64,000 bases of DNA from Eledone cirrhosa. Lineage: Eukaryota. Of this stretch, positions 27,200 through 40,533 are shown one piece after another. The notes under the pieces are model-generated. The model was not told where the DNA came from and ran no database searches. It saw only the letters and a list, made by a program, of their open reading frames with translations. Position 1 is the stretch's first letter. The number at the start of each line of letters is the position of its first letter. A program made the position numbers and the translations under genes. The DNA lies in assembly GCA_964016885.1 (NCBI GenBank), contig OZ024743.1, positions 340,814,001 through 340,878,000 of the forward strand. The letters are read 5' to 3'.

Positions 27200-28250
27200 G
27201 TACTATTATTATTATTATTATTATTATTTGCATTTATCTTGCTTTATGTTTATACGAGTTATCACCAAGTCACAACCAGTGACCTCAAGAGACAACAAGG
27301 TCCGCCATGTTCAAGAAAGAACACACATATTCACACATGCATCCTTAGTGTTTAGACTTGTGATGTACTTATATTGACAGGATCTTCCTTAGTATATGGG
27401 CAGTTCCCATTAGTACTATCTTTTGTATTTCTCCTATACGCGGGTTTCCTGGGATTTGCGATAAGTAGTCGTTAGACCCCTTAGGTATCATTCCCAGAGC
27501 GCCTACAACCACTGGTATTGTTTTAGTTCTCAATTTCCACATTTTTCCAATTTCTATCTCCAGGTCCTTATACTTGCTCAATTTTTCAAATGTTTTTATA
27601 GATACATTCTTGTCTATTGGAACAGACATATCAATTAGCAGGCATACCCTCCTTTGAAAGTCCTTCAATATTATATCAGGTCTATTTGCATCTATTTTTC
27701 GGTCTGTTTGGATGCTAAAGTTCCACAAGATTGAGATGTGATCTTTTTCAAGTATGGGAGGTGGTTGAAGCTCCCACCAATTCTTTTGATGGGGAAGGTC
27801 AAAATGCTTACACATTATCCAATGTATGTATTGTGCAGCTCTGTCATGCCTGTTTAGGTATTCGGTTGGAGCTATAGGACTGCACATTGAAATTATATGG
27901 TCAATGGTCTCTGGTTGTTTTTTGCATACACGGCATAATGGGCTGCACCCATTTTTTATTATGTTGGCTTGGTAATTTTTTGTTGGCAGACACTGATCTT
28001 GTGCGGATATAATCAGTCCTTCAGTCTCCGATTTCAGTCCAGAGGATGCCAACCACTGATGGGTTAAAGTTTTGTCAACATCAGGATTGTTAGCTCGCTC
28101 TGGGTATTTTCCATACAGAGGCTTTTCTTGCCATTTCTTAGCCAGTTTCTGTAGCAGTTCTTTCTTTGCAGTTACTTTTACCTGCTTTGCTTTTTCTGTG
28201 TTTTCCATTTCAGCAGTAAATGGGACTTCTGAAATTTGTACTTTTTTTTT
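27200..28250 (-). mobile_element. R4/Dong-like element, 5'-truncated, with (TAA)n 3' end
   Basis: Carries the intact 27369-28208 ORF and ends in (TAA)n at 27203-27228. Confidence 0.9.
27369..28208 (-). CDS. R4/Dong ORF C-terminus: CCHC zinc knuckle and restriction-like endonuclease (279 aa, truncated)
   Basis: LKSETEGLIISAQDQ, CRVCKKQPETIDHIISMC, RHD, NRPDII...IDMSVP, EKLSKYKDL, IPVVVGALG, IQKIVLMGTAHILRKIL. Confidence 0.9.
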   Translation of the reverse strand: MENTEKAKQVKVTAKKELLQKLAKKWQEKPLYGKYPERANNPDVDKTLTHQWLASSGLKSETEGLIISAQDQCLPTKNYQANIIKNGCSPLCRVCKKQPETIDHIISMCSPIAPTEYLNRHDRAAQYIHWIMCKHFDLPHQKNWWELQPPPILEKDHISILWNFSIQTDRKIDANRPDIILKDFQRRVCLLIDMSVPIDKNVSIKTFEKLSKYKDLEIEIGKMWKLRTKTIPVVVGALGMIPKGSNDYLSQIPGNPRIGEIQKIVLMGTAHILRKILSI

Positions 28251-29352
28251 TTTTCCAATTCAATGATGTTCCAGAACAATATAAAAGAGATAATTGGCAA
28301 TTTAGGTTCTGGAACAAAAAAGATCATTGGCAATAAGGGCAGGGGCCCCAGGTTATCACAGCCTGGACCCGCTCGTCATCGTGCCATTGTAATAGAGCCA
28401 AACAAGGCATTTAGTCTTGGCTGCTGGAACGTACGGACGCTGCTTGACAGGGATTCCTTGAGGCGTCAGAACGAAGGACCGCTCTTCTTGCAAAGGAGCT
28501 TCGACGTTACGATCTTGACATCGTGGCTTTATCTGAGACGAGGCTAGCTGGAGATGGTCATCTTACAGAATTTTGTGGAGAATATACATTCTTCTGGAAA
28601 GGAAGAGATGAAGGAACCAGAAGAGAGGCTGGGGTAGGATTTGCTGTTTAAACTGTGCTTGTGAACAAATTAGAAGAATTCCCAGTAGGGATTAGTGAGC
28701 GTCTTATGTCCATGAGAGTTCAGCTGGACAAGGGAAGATATGCTACCCTGGTGAGCGTGTATGCTCCAACTATGAGTTCTGTCGATGAGGTAAAGATGTC
28801 CTTTTACCATGCTTTGAAAGGTGTTTTAAGAAATCTCCCTCAGGCAGACAAAGTCATCGTGCTTGGTGACTTTAATGCTAGAGTGGGTAGAGATTTTAAC
28901 ACATGGAAAGTAATCGGAAGGCATGGGGTGGGAAAGTGTAACAGCAATGGTATGCTCCTGCTGCAGATGTGTGAGGAGCTGGATCTGTGTGTTACCAACA
29001 CCATGTTCCAACAAAAGAAAAAAATTGAAGACCACATGAATGCATCCTGCATCTAAGGAATGGCATCTTTTGAACTACGTCCTAGTCAGGATGCGTGACA
29101 GACAGGATGTGCAGTGTGTTCGTGTTCTTTGTGGAGCTGAGTGCTGGACGGACCACCGCCTGGTACGCGCAAAAGTGAAACTAATCACTAAACGTAAAAT
29201 ACGGGCTCCTGGTGTTGCCTTGTCCAAAAGATTGAATGCTGCTCGTCTTAAGGATAAAAATGTGAAGAGGACATTGGAAGAAGAGATGCAGGCTGCAGAT
29301 CTTGGTGAGGATTGGCCGACCCTTAAAAAGTCGGTTTATGATGTAGGCAGGC

Positions 29353-31149
29353 GTGTTCTGGGATTGGTGCAGAGGAAACATCAGGACTGGTTTGATATCT
29401 ACATCAGTACATATAGAAGACTTGTTGGCTGATAAGAGGCGTGCTCTGTCACGCTACTTGACGGCAAAACCACAGGAGAGGAATACGTTGCATGAGGTAA
29501 TCAGGGATGTAAAATCACGTGTTAGGCGGAGTCTTTCTCAGATGAAGGATCAGTGGTGGAGTGAGAAGGCTGGTGAGATACAAACTGCGTCTGATTCCAA
29601 TAACACAAAGCTGTTGTACAGTCTCTTGCGTGAGGTTTATGGACCGTCTTCTTCTATGGTGACACCGCTTCGCAGCAAGGATGGCAAAGAACTTCTTCGT
29701 GACTCACAAGGAATTCTACGTAGGTGGCGAGAGCACTTTGATGATCTTTTGAATCAGCCGTCTGTCGTCAGTGAAGATTTCCTCAATCTCATTCCAGAAA
29801 GTCCTGTGAAAGTAGCTCTCGCAGAACCTCCGACGCTTGTGGAGGTTGCAGTGGCTATTTCGAAGCTGAACAGTGGAAGATCTCCAGGTATGGATGGCAT
29901 ACATGCTGAGCTCCTACAATATGGTGGTGAGAGACTCCTGCAACATCTTTACTCTTTGTTTGGCAGGATATGGGCTAATGAATCCGTACCTGAGGACTGG
30001 AGAGATGCAGTAATGGTGGTCTTGTACAAGGGAAAGGGTAACAGGAACGATTGTGGGAACTACAGAGGTATATCATTGCTTTCTGTCGTAGGGAAAGTTT
30101 TATGTAGGGTGCTTCTGGACCGTCTGCTGACACACATTGCAGATTGTGTTCTTCCTGAAAGTCAATCTGGTTTTCGTGCTGGACGCGGCGCTACTGATAT
30201 GATCTTCTCAGCTAGACAGCTCCAGGAGAAGTGCATGGAACAAGGCTTGGATCTGTATCAGGTTTTTGTCGATCTGACAAAAGCTTTCGATACTGTTAAC
30301 AGAGATGCATTATGGAAGGTTCTCCAGAAACTTGGTTGCCCTGATAAGTTCCTTGCTTTAGTTAGGTCTTTCCATGACGACATGAAGGCTTGGGTTAATG
30401 TCGGGGGTAACATGTCGGAGCCTATCTCAGTAAAAAATGGAGTGAAGCAGGGGGATATTCCAGCACCGACCCTGTTTGCCATATACTTTGCAATGGTTTT
30501 CTGTATTGCATTCAGTAATTGCGAGCATGGTGTTTACATCCGATATCGAACCTCAGGCAGCATATTTAACATCAGGCGCTTTGCTGCGAAGACAAAAGTG
30601 TTTACATCAATCATGAGAGACCTCTTGTATGCAGATGATTGCGATCTTGTAGCGCACACAGAGAGTGATATGCAGCACATTTTGAATGCATTTTCTGACG
30701 CTTGCACTGCCCTAGGTCTGACTGTCAGTCTCAAGAAAACCGTCGTCATGTACCAACCTGCCCCTGGTAAGCAGTACACTGAACCAAACATCTATGTGTA
30801 TGGCAAACGACTTGGAGTGGTTGATCAGTTTGTCTACCTGGGAAGCACTGTCAATCGATACAGCAACCTTGACAGTGAAATCTCACTTAGGATTAGGAAA
30901 GCAAGTGATGCTTTCGGAAAGCTAGAAAGGCGACTCTGGGGTCGGCGAGACATATCCAGGAGGACAAAGGTAAAGGTGTACAGGCCATGTGTGCTCTCAT
31001 GTCTTCTTTATGCCTGCGAGACCTGGGTCACATATCGACACCACCTTAAGCAATTGGAGCGTTTCCATCAGATGTGTCTCAGACGGATCCATGGCGTTCA
31101 CTGGAGGGACCACATCAGTGATCGAGATTTTGGAAAGCTCTATGTGTGA
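29353..31149 (+). pseudogene. RTE reverse transcriptase domain (longest open segment, 598 aa)
   Basis: Complete RT motif set including YADD. Joined to neighbouring segments only by frameshifts. Confidence 0.92.
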
Positions 31150-31498
31150 CAGTATAGAATCTCTTGTGCTTAAGCAACGACTCCGTTGGAGTGGTCACCT
31201 TGCCAGGATGAAGGATTCTAGAATACCAAAACAACTCTTTTATGGAGAGTTGGTTAAAGGAAAACGACCGCCACATAAACCAAAAAAGAGGTATAAGGAT
31301 TCCTTGAAAGCCTCTCTGAAAGACGCTAACATCTCTGCTGATACATGGGAGAATATTGCTGCTGATCGTAATAAATGAAGAAAGACTGTATATGAGGGAA
31401 AAGTTGCCTTTGAGGCATCTCGAATCGCATACGAGAAAGTAAAGCGGGATGTGATGTAGGGCATTGCTGTTGCACTTCCAGACGGCGAGGGTCCTCCT

Positions 31499-31807
31499 AT
31501 GGTGCTGACATGCAGCGTATGTGCGAGACTCTGCCTAAGCAAAGCTGGACTCGAAAGTCATCTTCGCAGTCATAAAGTAAGACCAGTGGTTGACTACCAG
31601 GCTGCTGTTGGAGATGCTAATCATCATGCTTGCCAAACATGTGGTAGAGAATGTAAATCAGCAGGAGGGCTCAAGCGACATGCAGAAGTACACGAACTCC
31701 AACCACAGCCGACTATTCCCAGTGAATGTTTTGGTTGCCGACTCTGTGCAAGACATTTTAGATCATTGGCTGGGCTAAAAAGCCACATTCGATCGCAGCG
31801 CTGTTAG
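31499..31807 (+). pseudogene. RTE C-terminal segment with three C2H2-type zinc fingers
   Basis: CSVCARLCLSKAGLESHLRSH, CQTCGRECKSAGGLKRHAEVH, CRLCARHFRSLAGLKSHIRSQ. It is collinear with the RTE ORF end. Confidence 0.75.
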
Positions 31808-31889
31808 TTGTTATCGTGTGTGTGTGTGTGTGTGTGTAGATATGCTTATGTGTGTGCGTGTGTGTGTATATATATATGTATATGTATAT

Positions 31890-32165
31890 TATTATTGTTG
31901 TTGTCGTTATTCCTTGAATCTCAGTCATTGATGTTGGTTAACTGGAAAGTCCGTTGGATTGAATATCAAGCCACTACCTGCAGCCTCAGATATTCAGGAC
32001 GTATCGGAGGGTTCTTGCTGTTCCAAGCAAGCATGCCTTTTGAAGCGTTCCAAAAAGCGTGAAGGGGCCGATTTTCTTTAACCATCCCTGGAAACTTTTG
32101 GAGATAGTCCCCAGTGCGCCTATGACAATCGGGATCACTTTGACTTCATGGCAGTTCCAAATCCT
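31890..32165 (-). mobile_element. R4/Dong-like extreme 3' fragment between (TAT)n tracts
   Basis: Minus-strand RIWNCHEVKVIPIVIGALGTISKSFQGWLKKI, then frameshifted ACLLGTARTLRYVL. Confidence 0.75.
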
Positions 32166-32309
32166 ATTGTTGTTATTATTATTATTATTATTGTTATTAA
32201 TGTATGTGTGTGTGTATATGTGTGTGTGTGTATGTGTGTGTGTGTGTGTGTATATGTGTATGTATATGTATATATATATATATTTCTTTTTTTATTTTTA
32301 TTTTCTTTT

Positions 32310-32342
<33 letters not shown>

Positions 32343-33253
32343 TTTTCTTTTTTTCTCGTGCAATGGCCATACTCGATAACGAGGGGGCAGCCATCATGTA
32401 TGTATGTATGTCGTGTCACTCTTGAGTGCTACTGGTAGTATGTAACCCAGTAAAACATGTCGCATGGTCGGGTCATCGGCGACTAAACCGGCAACCCCAC
32501 CAATTTTACTTGGTGAAGAGGGTGATTTTGGACACCCGGCAAGACAAAAAACAATACTTGACAAAAGTCAGAAGAACTCATAAGAGTCAACGGCCATCCA
32601 AAAGTGTGTAAATATGTATATACACATGTACATATGTATGTATATGTATATGTGTATATATATTGGTGCATGTGTATGTATATGCGCATAGAAATAGAAA
32701 TAGTCCGTCTGAACACCCGATCGCGCGGGAGTGAAGGGCCCCTAGTCTTTGTTAGGGCATTCTTCTAGGAGAAAGCAACTCAGGAAACTGGGATAACTCC
32801 GATATAAAACCTGCGGCTCAGTAGTTACCGATGATGTTAATCTTTTCTTCTTTTCGGTTTATAGCTACTGTTGCTCAGAGAGTGGGATTGGCTCAGTGCA
32901 CAGTCTTCCCTCACTTTAAAAAATATCTTCATGCACAGGCATTGCACGATAGAATTAATTAATAGTGCTATATCGTGCAATGGCCATACTCGATAACGAG
33001 GGCGCAGTCATCATCATGTATGTATGTATGTTTGTATGTATGCATGCATGTATGTATTCGTGTGTATGTATGTATGTGAAATTACATCTCAATTCTTCTA
33101 TTAATGTTATTCAGTTAACAGTAGACGAAAGATGAACACCTGATACGGATGGGTTGGGGATGATAGTAAATATTAGTATGGAATGTTGTATATGAAGTGT
33201 CTTCACATAGAATGTTATAATATACCCTGTAATTTTGGCGGGTATTATATTAG

Positions 33254-33284
<31 letters not shown>

Positions 33285-33719
33285 AATCATCATATATTGG
33301 CAATCAAAAGCTTATTCCTTTTTCTACAGATATCGATGGAATAACGTCTATGAAATAAAGACAGACTCCAGAGAGAAGGTATGGTGTTTAACATAATTTT
33401 CTTTGAAAAGATATTTGAAATTATATATTTTATGACGCTTATTCACTAATGTATTAGAGAAAAAATAAAATAGTATGCCATTACCCGCAAACAAATATTC
33501 TTGTATCGATTGAAATATATGTAGATATATGCACATACACACACACACATACATACTGTATTCGTAGGCACCTCCTTCAACTTTCTTCTGTCTCTTATAT
33601 GTTATCTATAATCACAGATTGTTATTTTACCTAAATCTTGCGCCTGAGACTTTCACATTTTCAAATGTCAAACACTTCATAAAGTTTATATATATATATA
33701 AAATTTCGTTTCATTCTTT

Positions 33720-33832
<113 letters not shown>

Positions 33833-34075
33833 TACTAAAACTCTGATTGTTTGCTTGCTTGTCTGTAATGTTATACAGCCAAAGGAGCGCATAATGGGAA
33901 AATACTTTGAAAGGAAGTTGTCCCTGAAATGGGAATACAAATTGAAGTACGAGCTCCCGAGATATGGGGTTTTCTGGGTACCTTCATAAACATAGAGATA
34001 GAGAAGGATGGAGAGAAAGGGATAGTGGTTGTGAGAAAGTAGATTGAAAGAGAGACATAGAGAGAAGGAGAGGAG

Positions 34076-34173
<98 letters not shown>

Positions 34174-34365
34174 GGGGTTGCTGTGTGTATGTCTATGACC
34201 AGTGTATATAGACCACATACACCTCCGCCCACATATATATACATTTATATATATATATATATATATATCATTGAGCACTTGCCACACTTCTCGGAGGTTG
34301 TTTTTCGTTATTTCGTGGGCCGAAATGCGATTCTCGATAATTTATATATATATATACATATATAT

Positions 34366-34775
34366 ATTGTTATACTTTGGGAGGGTCATGTTGCCAATAA
34401 GAAACACACGCACCAGTTGCTTTCACTTCAATTTATTATAAATTAAATTTAGGAATTTAGGAATTTATAAATTTCCGGTTGGTTGGTTGGTTCCACTACC
34501 AGACGATTGTTCATATATTGTCAAAGTTCTTTCGTCACACATTCTGTGACCTCTTCAGTGACTGGGGATTCTTTTCTTTGTTTTTGTGCCTGTCCTTTGT
34601 TCTGTCCTACGCCATCTGTCCAATTCCTAAATTTATAAATTTAATTCATAATAAATTGAAGTGAAACAGCTGGTGCGTGTGTTTCTTATTGGCAACATGA
34701 CCCTCCCAAAGTATAACAATATCGGTTTCAACACACGTTTTCAGATAAAGAATCTTGCTAAACAAATTCAGAAAC
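34366..34775. mobile_element. Fold-back short element (34366-34455 vs 34625-34720) with minus-strand HHR candidate at 34520-34562; relatives at 57309-57620, 21770-21850, 62860-62945
   Basis: Minus strand reads GTCA-CTGAAGA-g GTCACA gaatg TGTGAC-GAAA-GAAC-TT^TGAC. Confidence 0.7.
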
Positions 34776-36249
34776 GAAATATATACATATACTTATATAG
34801 AAAAGAAATAAGATTTCGCCTCAAGCATAGCTTTATACAATATGTATAGAAATTTCGTTTTAGGATAGAAATACGGTTTTAAGAAGCCGTAGCTATGAAA
34901 ACACCGGGGTGCTAACGCCCTCTGCTGGTGTCCAGCAGAAGCAAGGAGGACAACCGTCTATGCATTTTAGGCTTGACTGGCCATCGTCAGGACGACCCCT
35001 CCCACCGCTTGCGACTGCTGGACTTGAAAACAGCCGAGAATATATAGCTATTCTCGAAGCGAAAACTTATTTCTTTTCTATTATAAGTTGAGCCAACTTA
35101 TGCAGCTTCAGATTTAGTGCCACACTGGGTATGACTATATCTTATTTTCCTTATATACTTATCCTTTTACACATCTGTTACCTAAAATTATTACACGACA
35201 CTAGAATATTACTTTTTATATTTGTTTATCTTTAATTACTCCCCATTTTGTAATGATTACAAGTAGTACGTTGTGGTGTTAGGGTTTATATCTACATCTC
35301 ATCTGTATTTATTGCGGTGTAGGATGGGATTGTATTCCATATAAATCCAAATCTGGACGGCACATGTAACCCGGTTTAACTTGGGATTGACTATGGTTTC
35401 TTTACCTATTTAATCAAATTTTACTACCTTTACACTTCACACCGCTGGTGTGAATAACTAATAATTGTTTGGTAAGCGCTGGATGATCGGCTGGCTGTGA
35501 CGACCTTCCCGCTTTCACTCCCGGCGCCTTCCTGGAGTGCTTGAAAAAATAAAATTTCCTTTCCTTCGGTAGACGAAAATACTCGGAACGGCTGGTTCAC
35601 CCTTGGGCCCTGGGTGGACCAAGAATCCGTCGCGTCACTGGTTATTTGCCGCCAAACAGTACTCCTAAATTTTAAAATTAAATTTTTAATCCTTAATCTT
35701 AACTTTAAATTATACCCTAAAATTTTATGACAATCAAAGATATATTTAAATTTTACATACAAATTTTAAAACTAAATCCTTCTACAAATTCTTTAACTAA
35801 ATCTTTCAATTTTAAACCTAAATTTTACATTTTTAATCTTTAATCTTATTTTAAATTATATCATTCAATTCAAAACCTAAATTTTACACGTATAATCTTT
35901 AATCGTAATTTCAAACTCTACCTTAAAGCCTTCTGGGTTCTGGTTCTCACTGTACACAGTTCAGTATATCTTTTAGTACTTTTGACCAACGCCAACGAAA
36001 ATGTTTTCTTCTATGTAACCTGAGTTCCTTCACCACTAGCACGTGTCCGTTTGGCTGTGAGTGACAGCGCGGTAGTAGTGGAATGCACTATAGGCCTAAA
36101 GCCCCCTGACCAGATCGACAAGACGAAATTAAGTAGATTCCTCACTCAAAGGCGGTCATCCAGACAGGCAACTACTGGCTCTGGCCGCCTTCTGGTCTTA
36201 AACATTTCTCACTACTTTCCAGCCTCTTGGATTGTGTCTACCATTATAA

Positions 36250-36357
36250 TCCCGCCGAGGTTAACTTTGCCTTTCATCCTTACGGGGTCGAGAAAATAAA
36301 GTACCAGTAATGTACTGGGTATTTGCTGGCCTTGTACCAAAACTAGAAACAATTATT
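36250..36357 (+). mobile_element. 5'-truncated SINE copy (others at 45758-45946 -, 51947-52050 +, 53058-53231 -)
   Basis: Core GCCGAGGTTAACTTTGCCTTTCATCCTTACGGGGTCGA. Confidence 0.8.
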
Positions 36358-36648
36358 ATATTCCTTTATTAAATACATTTCGTAACGCCTGATGATGTCA
36401 CCGGGTTCTTACAGATCGCGGTCATTGAAATGTACACAGTGTATGTAATAAATCTTTAAGGAATTTGTCCAGTCTAGCTTCCTGCTTTTTACACAATAAT
36501 AATTAACTCCGTTCTCGCACCATCAACAAGATTGAACATAAACGAAGATGGGTGAGTAGCAATACGTCGAGTGCTTTTCCTAATATTACATCACGGTTGA
36601 TTATACAGAATTACCATTTCTATCCAGTGGTGAACCAACAAACCTAAA

Positions 36649-36707
<59 letters not shown>

Positions 36708-36764
36708 GTGAGGTTTTTTTTTACAAAATGAAAAATAACCGAGGGGTCCTACACGAGTGAAAGT

Positions 36765-37054
36765 ATAAAGAAAAAGAGATGAAATCGAAAATACAACTGG
36801 AGTCTAATTTTTTAAAAATATATATATTTATTTGGTTCCTTTACCGGTTTCGCAGTTCTTCTGCTTTTCAAAAGGTGAGTTGAGATGTAGGGTCTGTGGT
36901 TTTTCTCACATCTGTGAGAAAAACCACAGACCCTCCATCTCAACTCACCTTTTGAAAAGCAGAAGAACTGCGAAACCGGTAAAGGAACCAAATAAATATA
37001 TATATTTAAAAAAAAAATAAAACTCCAGTTGCATTTTCGATTTCATCTCTTTTT

Positions 37055-37060
<6 letters not shown>
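36765..37060. repeat. Near-perfect palindrome (centre about 36911) with an HHR-like motif in each arm
   Basis: CCTT-TTGAAAA-GCAG aagaa CTGC-GAAA-CCGG-TA^AAGG at 36948-36985, then AATAAA. Confidence 0.85.
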
Positions 37061-37110
<50 letters not shown>

Positions 37111-37284
37111 GTTATATATATATATATAGAGAGAGATGTTATATAGTAAGGTGCATTATTGATTGTGTAAAATGGTCCAATAAATTTATGTTAGCAATAT
37201 TAAGTTCTCCACGCTTTTGTATATCTCCAATTCCATTCAAGGGAACAGCTAGATGATGTAAAACGGAGTATAAGTATCAAAATA

Positions 37285-37903
37285 AAAATCCGAAGGCAAG
37301 GTAAAATTTCAATCATTTAATCACGACACATGTTTCAATAAGAGATAGATCGATTGTGAAGCCATGATCGATTATCACTGATCTCATCATGTGAAAATGA
37401 ATTGTCTTCAAATTCTTGATATGAGGGAGAAAATATAACGATGTTCTCTCACAGAATTCATTCCCTCATATGAAAACACACCAGTCAGAGACACGGCGAC
37501 TGCTATTAACTTCAGTTGAGGTCATACAAGTTGTCGGATTTCTATCGCTGCAGAATACGCTGGACATCAATCAAATCTCTAGGGATATAGTTAATGTGAG
37601 TGGGTACACACACACTGCGTACCCACATACACCGGCTCGAGGTCAAAGAAAGAAATATATACATATACATACACACATCAACACAGTATCAAACCTGTAG
37701 AATTATACAAGGTCACAGATAGTGTAGGTGGGTACACACACACTCTCACACACACCGACGCGATGTCAGAGAAAAAAATATAAGGAAACAAATATAAGAA
37801 TGTACCAACACAGCATTCACCGAAAGTTAGTTCACAAAACAACAGATGCTATACTGGTCAAATCTCAATTTTGACGATGTAAATTTGAAATACTGGGTTA
37901 ACC

Positions 37904-38002
<99 letters not shown>

Positions 38003-39880
38003 GCAAGTAAGTTCAGGTCAGTGTTCTGCTATACGTATATAGATTGAATTGTAACATCCATATCTTCAAATGTATGTTATGGTATATACACATCCGAATC
38101 GTCTAAAAAAGGGCATGTCTGGGTATACACACATCCATGTCAAGAGCGAGCAATCAGCTCATATCGAACTCATATGGGCCAATGAACTTTTAAGATAGTT
38201 GTTTGAGTGATGGAGGTGTGTTATCCAACACAGAAGATGAAGTAAAAAAAAAAAATATCATCAAGCTGTCCTTCTCCACAACTAGTAACATAGCTCAGAA
38301 TATAGCTAAGATGAATTATAGTAGACTTAGGACACCCCAAGAGGCAATTAGGCATGGCAGGAACAATGGCAGCTCTATGGAGGAACTGACTCATACACGT
38401 GAGGTGAGTCAGGTGTCCCCAATCCCATGGAATTTACCCATAGAGCAGACAGGAACTGAGATCCGACCCCTAAGGTACCGCGGTTCATCTGGAACTACCC
38501 AGGTCGACAGCAAAAAATGTAACTGCAGAAGCACCGCCACCTGCCCCATGGCTGGGAAATGCCTTACCAAAAACATAGTCTACGACTGTAAGGTCTCCAC
38601 TTCTGATAGAACCTTTAGGTATGTTGGGGCAACTGCCACGGAATTTAAGGATAGATGGTATAATCACAGCCATACCTTTAATAGATTAGATAAAAAAAAT
38701 AGCACGGCACTTTCTGAATTAGTCTGGAAGCTTAAACATCAGAATATAGAGCACTCCTTATCCTGGTCCACATTTTGCTCAGCCCAACCTTATAACGGCA
38801 GCACTGGCGTCTGCAATTTATGTATAGCTGAAACCTTTAATATTATTAGAGGCGGCCCCCTATTAATTAATAGGAGCGCTGATTTTTTCAGCAACTGCCA
38901 ACATAGAACCTCGAAAACCTTTCGCAGGATTTTAGAAGGTAACCTACCAGTAACTCCTCCCTCTCTACTTTAGCCACAGCGTTCTCTCAATAAACAGACA
39001 GTCACACACTCAGATAGTTAGACGGCTAAGAATTTTTGCGAACTTACAAACGATACTCGGCCTGTTTCCACGGAGTTCTCACAGCTGAGTGCACTTTTTT
39101 AGAATACCTAGCTAGTAAATAGTTAGATTGATTACACATTTAGAATACCTAGTTAGTAATTGATTGCACACCCAGGCATGACTGGTTACGCGCACCTACC
39201 TTTACTTTAAGATACCCTAACCATTGAGTTCTCTCAGTTGGGATATAGCTAGTCGTATTACACACTTAGATAGGACTGATTACGCTATCTATACATAACT
39301 CTACACACAGTACCCGCTTCCTTTAGACATTGAGCTCCCACAATTACGACTGTCACGTTCCTACCGACTGAACACTACACTAGGTTTTGATCCGTGATCA
39401 TCTAACCATGGAGGAGTCACTGTTACGGATTGAACAATATTACTTACACACCATTAGTGGGCCTACACACATCCTCTGGATTTTACTACCATGTTTTTTT
39501 AATTTTTCTACTTCACCTGTGTTGGATAACACACCTCCACCACTCAAACAACTATCTTAAAAGTTAATTGGCCCATATGACGGGAATCGCACTTACTGAC
39601 GCATTTACCCAATACCCAACCCTACACGGAACACCTTGCTGGCCTACATTGCGGTTGCTTGCATGCACGGATTTGGTAATTCGGATTCTCAATGGGACAG
39701 CGGTACATACTGAGTTCGATATGAGCTGATTGCTTGCTCTTGAGATGGATGTGTGTATACCCAGACATACCCTTTTTTGGACGATTCGGATGTGTATATA
39801 CCATAACATACACTTGAAGATATGGATGTTACAATTCAATTTATACACGTATAGCAGAACACTGAACTGAACTTACTTGC

Positions 39881-39913
<33 letters not shown>

Positions 39914-40533
39914 CGTGTGTGTGTGTATTTCTAATTTACATCGTCAAAATTGAGATTTGACCAGTATAGCATCTGTTGTTTTGTGAACTAACTTTCGGGG
40001 AATGCTGTGTTGGTACATTCTTATATTTGTTTCCTTATATTTTTTTCTCTGACAACGCTTCGGTGTGTGTGAGAGTGTGTGTGTACCCACCCACACTATA
40101 TGTGACCTTGTATAATTCTACAGGTTTGATATTGTGTTGATGTGTGTATCTATATGTATATATTTCTTTCTTTGACCTCGAGTCGGTGTATGTGGATGTG
40201 GAGTGTGTGTGTACCCATCACATTAACTATATCCCTACAGATTTGATTGATGTCCAGCGTCTTTTGCAACGATAGAAATCCGACAACTTTTATGACCTCA
40301 ACTGAAGTTAATAGCAGTCGCCGTGTCTCTGACTGGTGTGTTTTCATATGAGGGAATGAATTCTGTGAGAGAACATCGTTATTTTTTCTCCCCAATATCA
40401 AGAATTTGAAGACAATTCATTTTCACATGATGAGCTCAGTGATAATCGATCATGGCTTCACAATCGATCTATCTCTTATTGAAACATGTATCGTGATTAA
40501 ATGATTGGAATTTTACCTTGCCTTTGGATTTTA

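Larger units (their letters stand above)
28260..32410 (+). mobile_element. Near full-length RTE-clade LINE (APE, RT, C2H2 fingers) with several frameshifts and stops; 3' end probably at 32356-32410 beyond an inserted block
   Basis: LGCWNVRTL, IVALSETRL, VSVYAPT, VLGDFNARVG, WTDHRLV, NYRGISLLS, FVDLTKAFDTV, GVKQG, LLYADD, FVYLGS, LRWSGHLARM. Confidence 0.92.

Noticed and set aside
31499-31807. Host C2H2 zinc-finger gene
   Set aside because: It lacks TGEKP linkers and is contiguous with the RTE ORF end.
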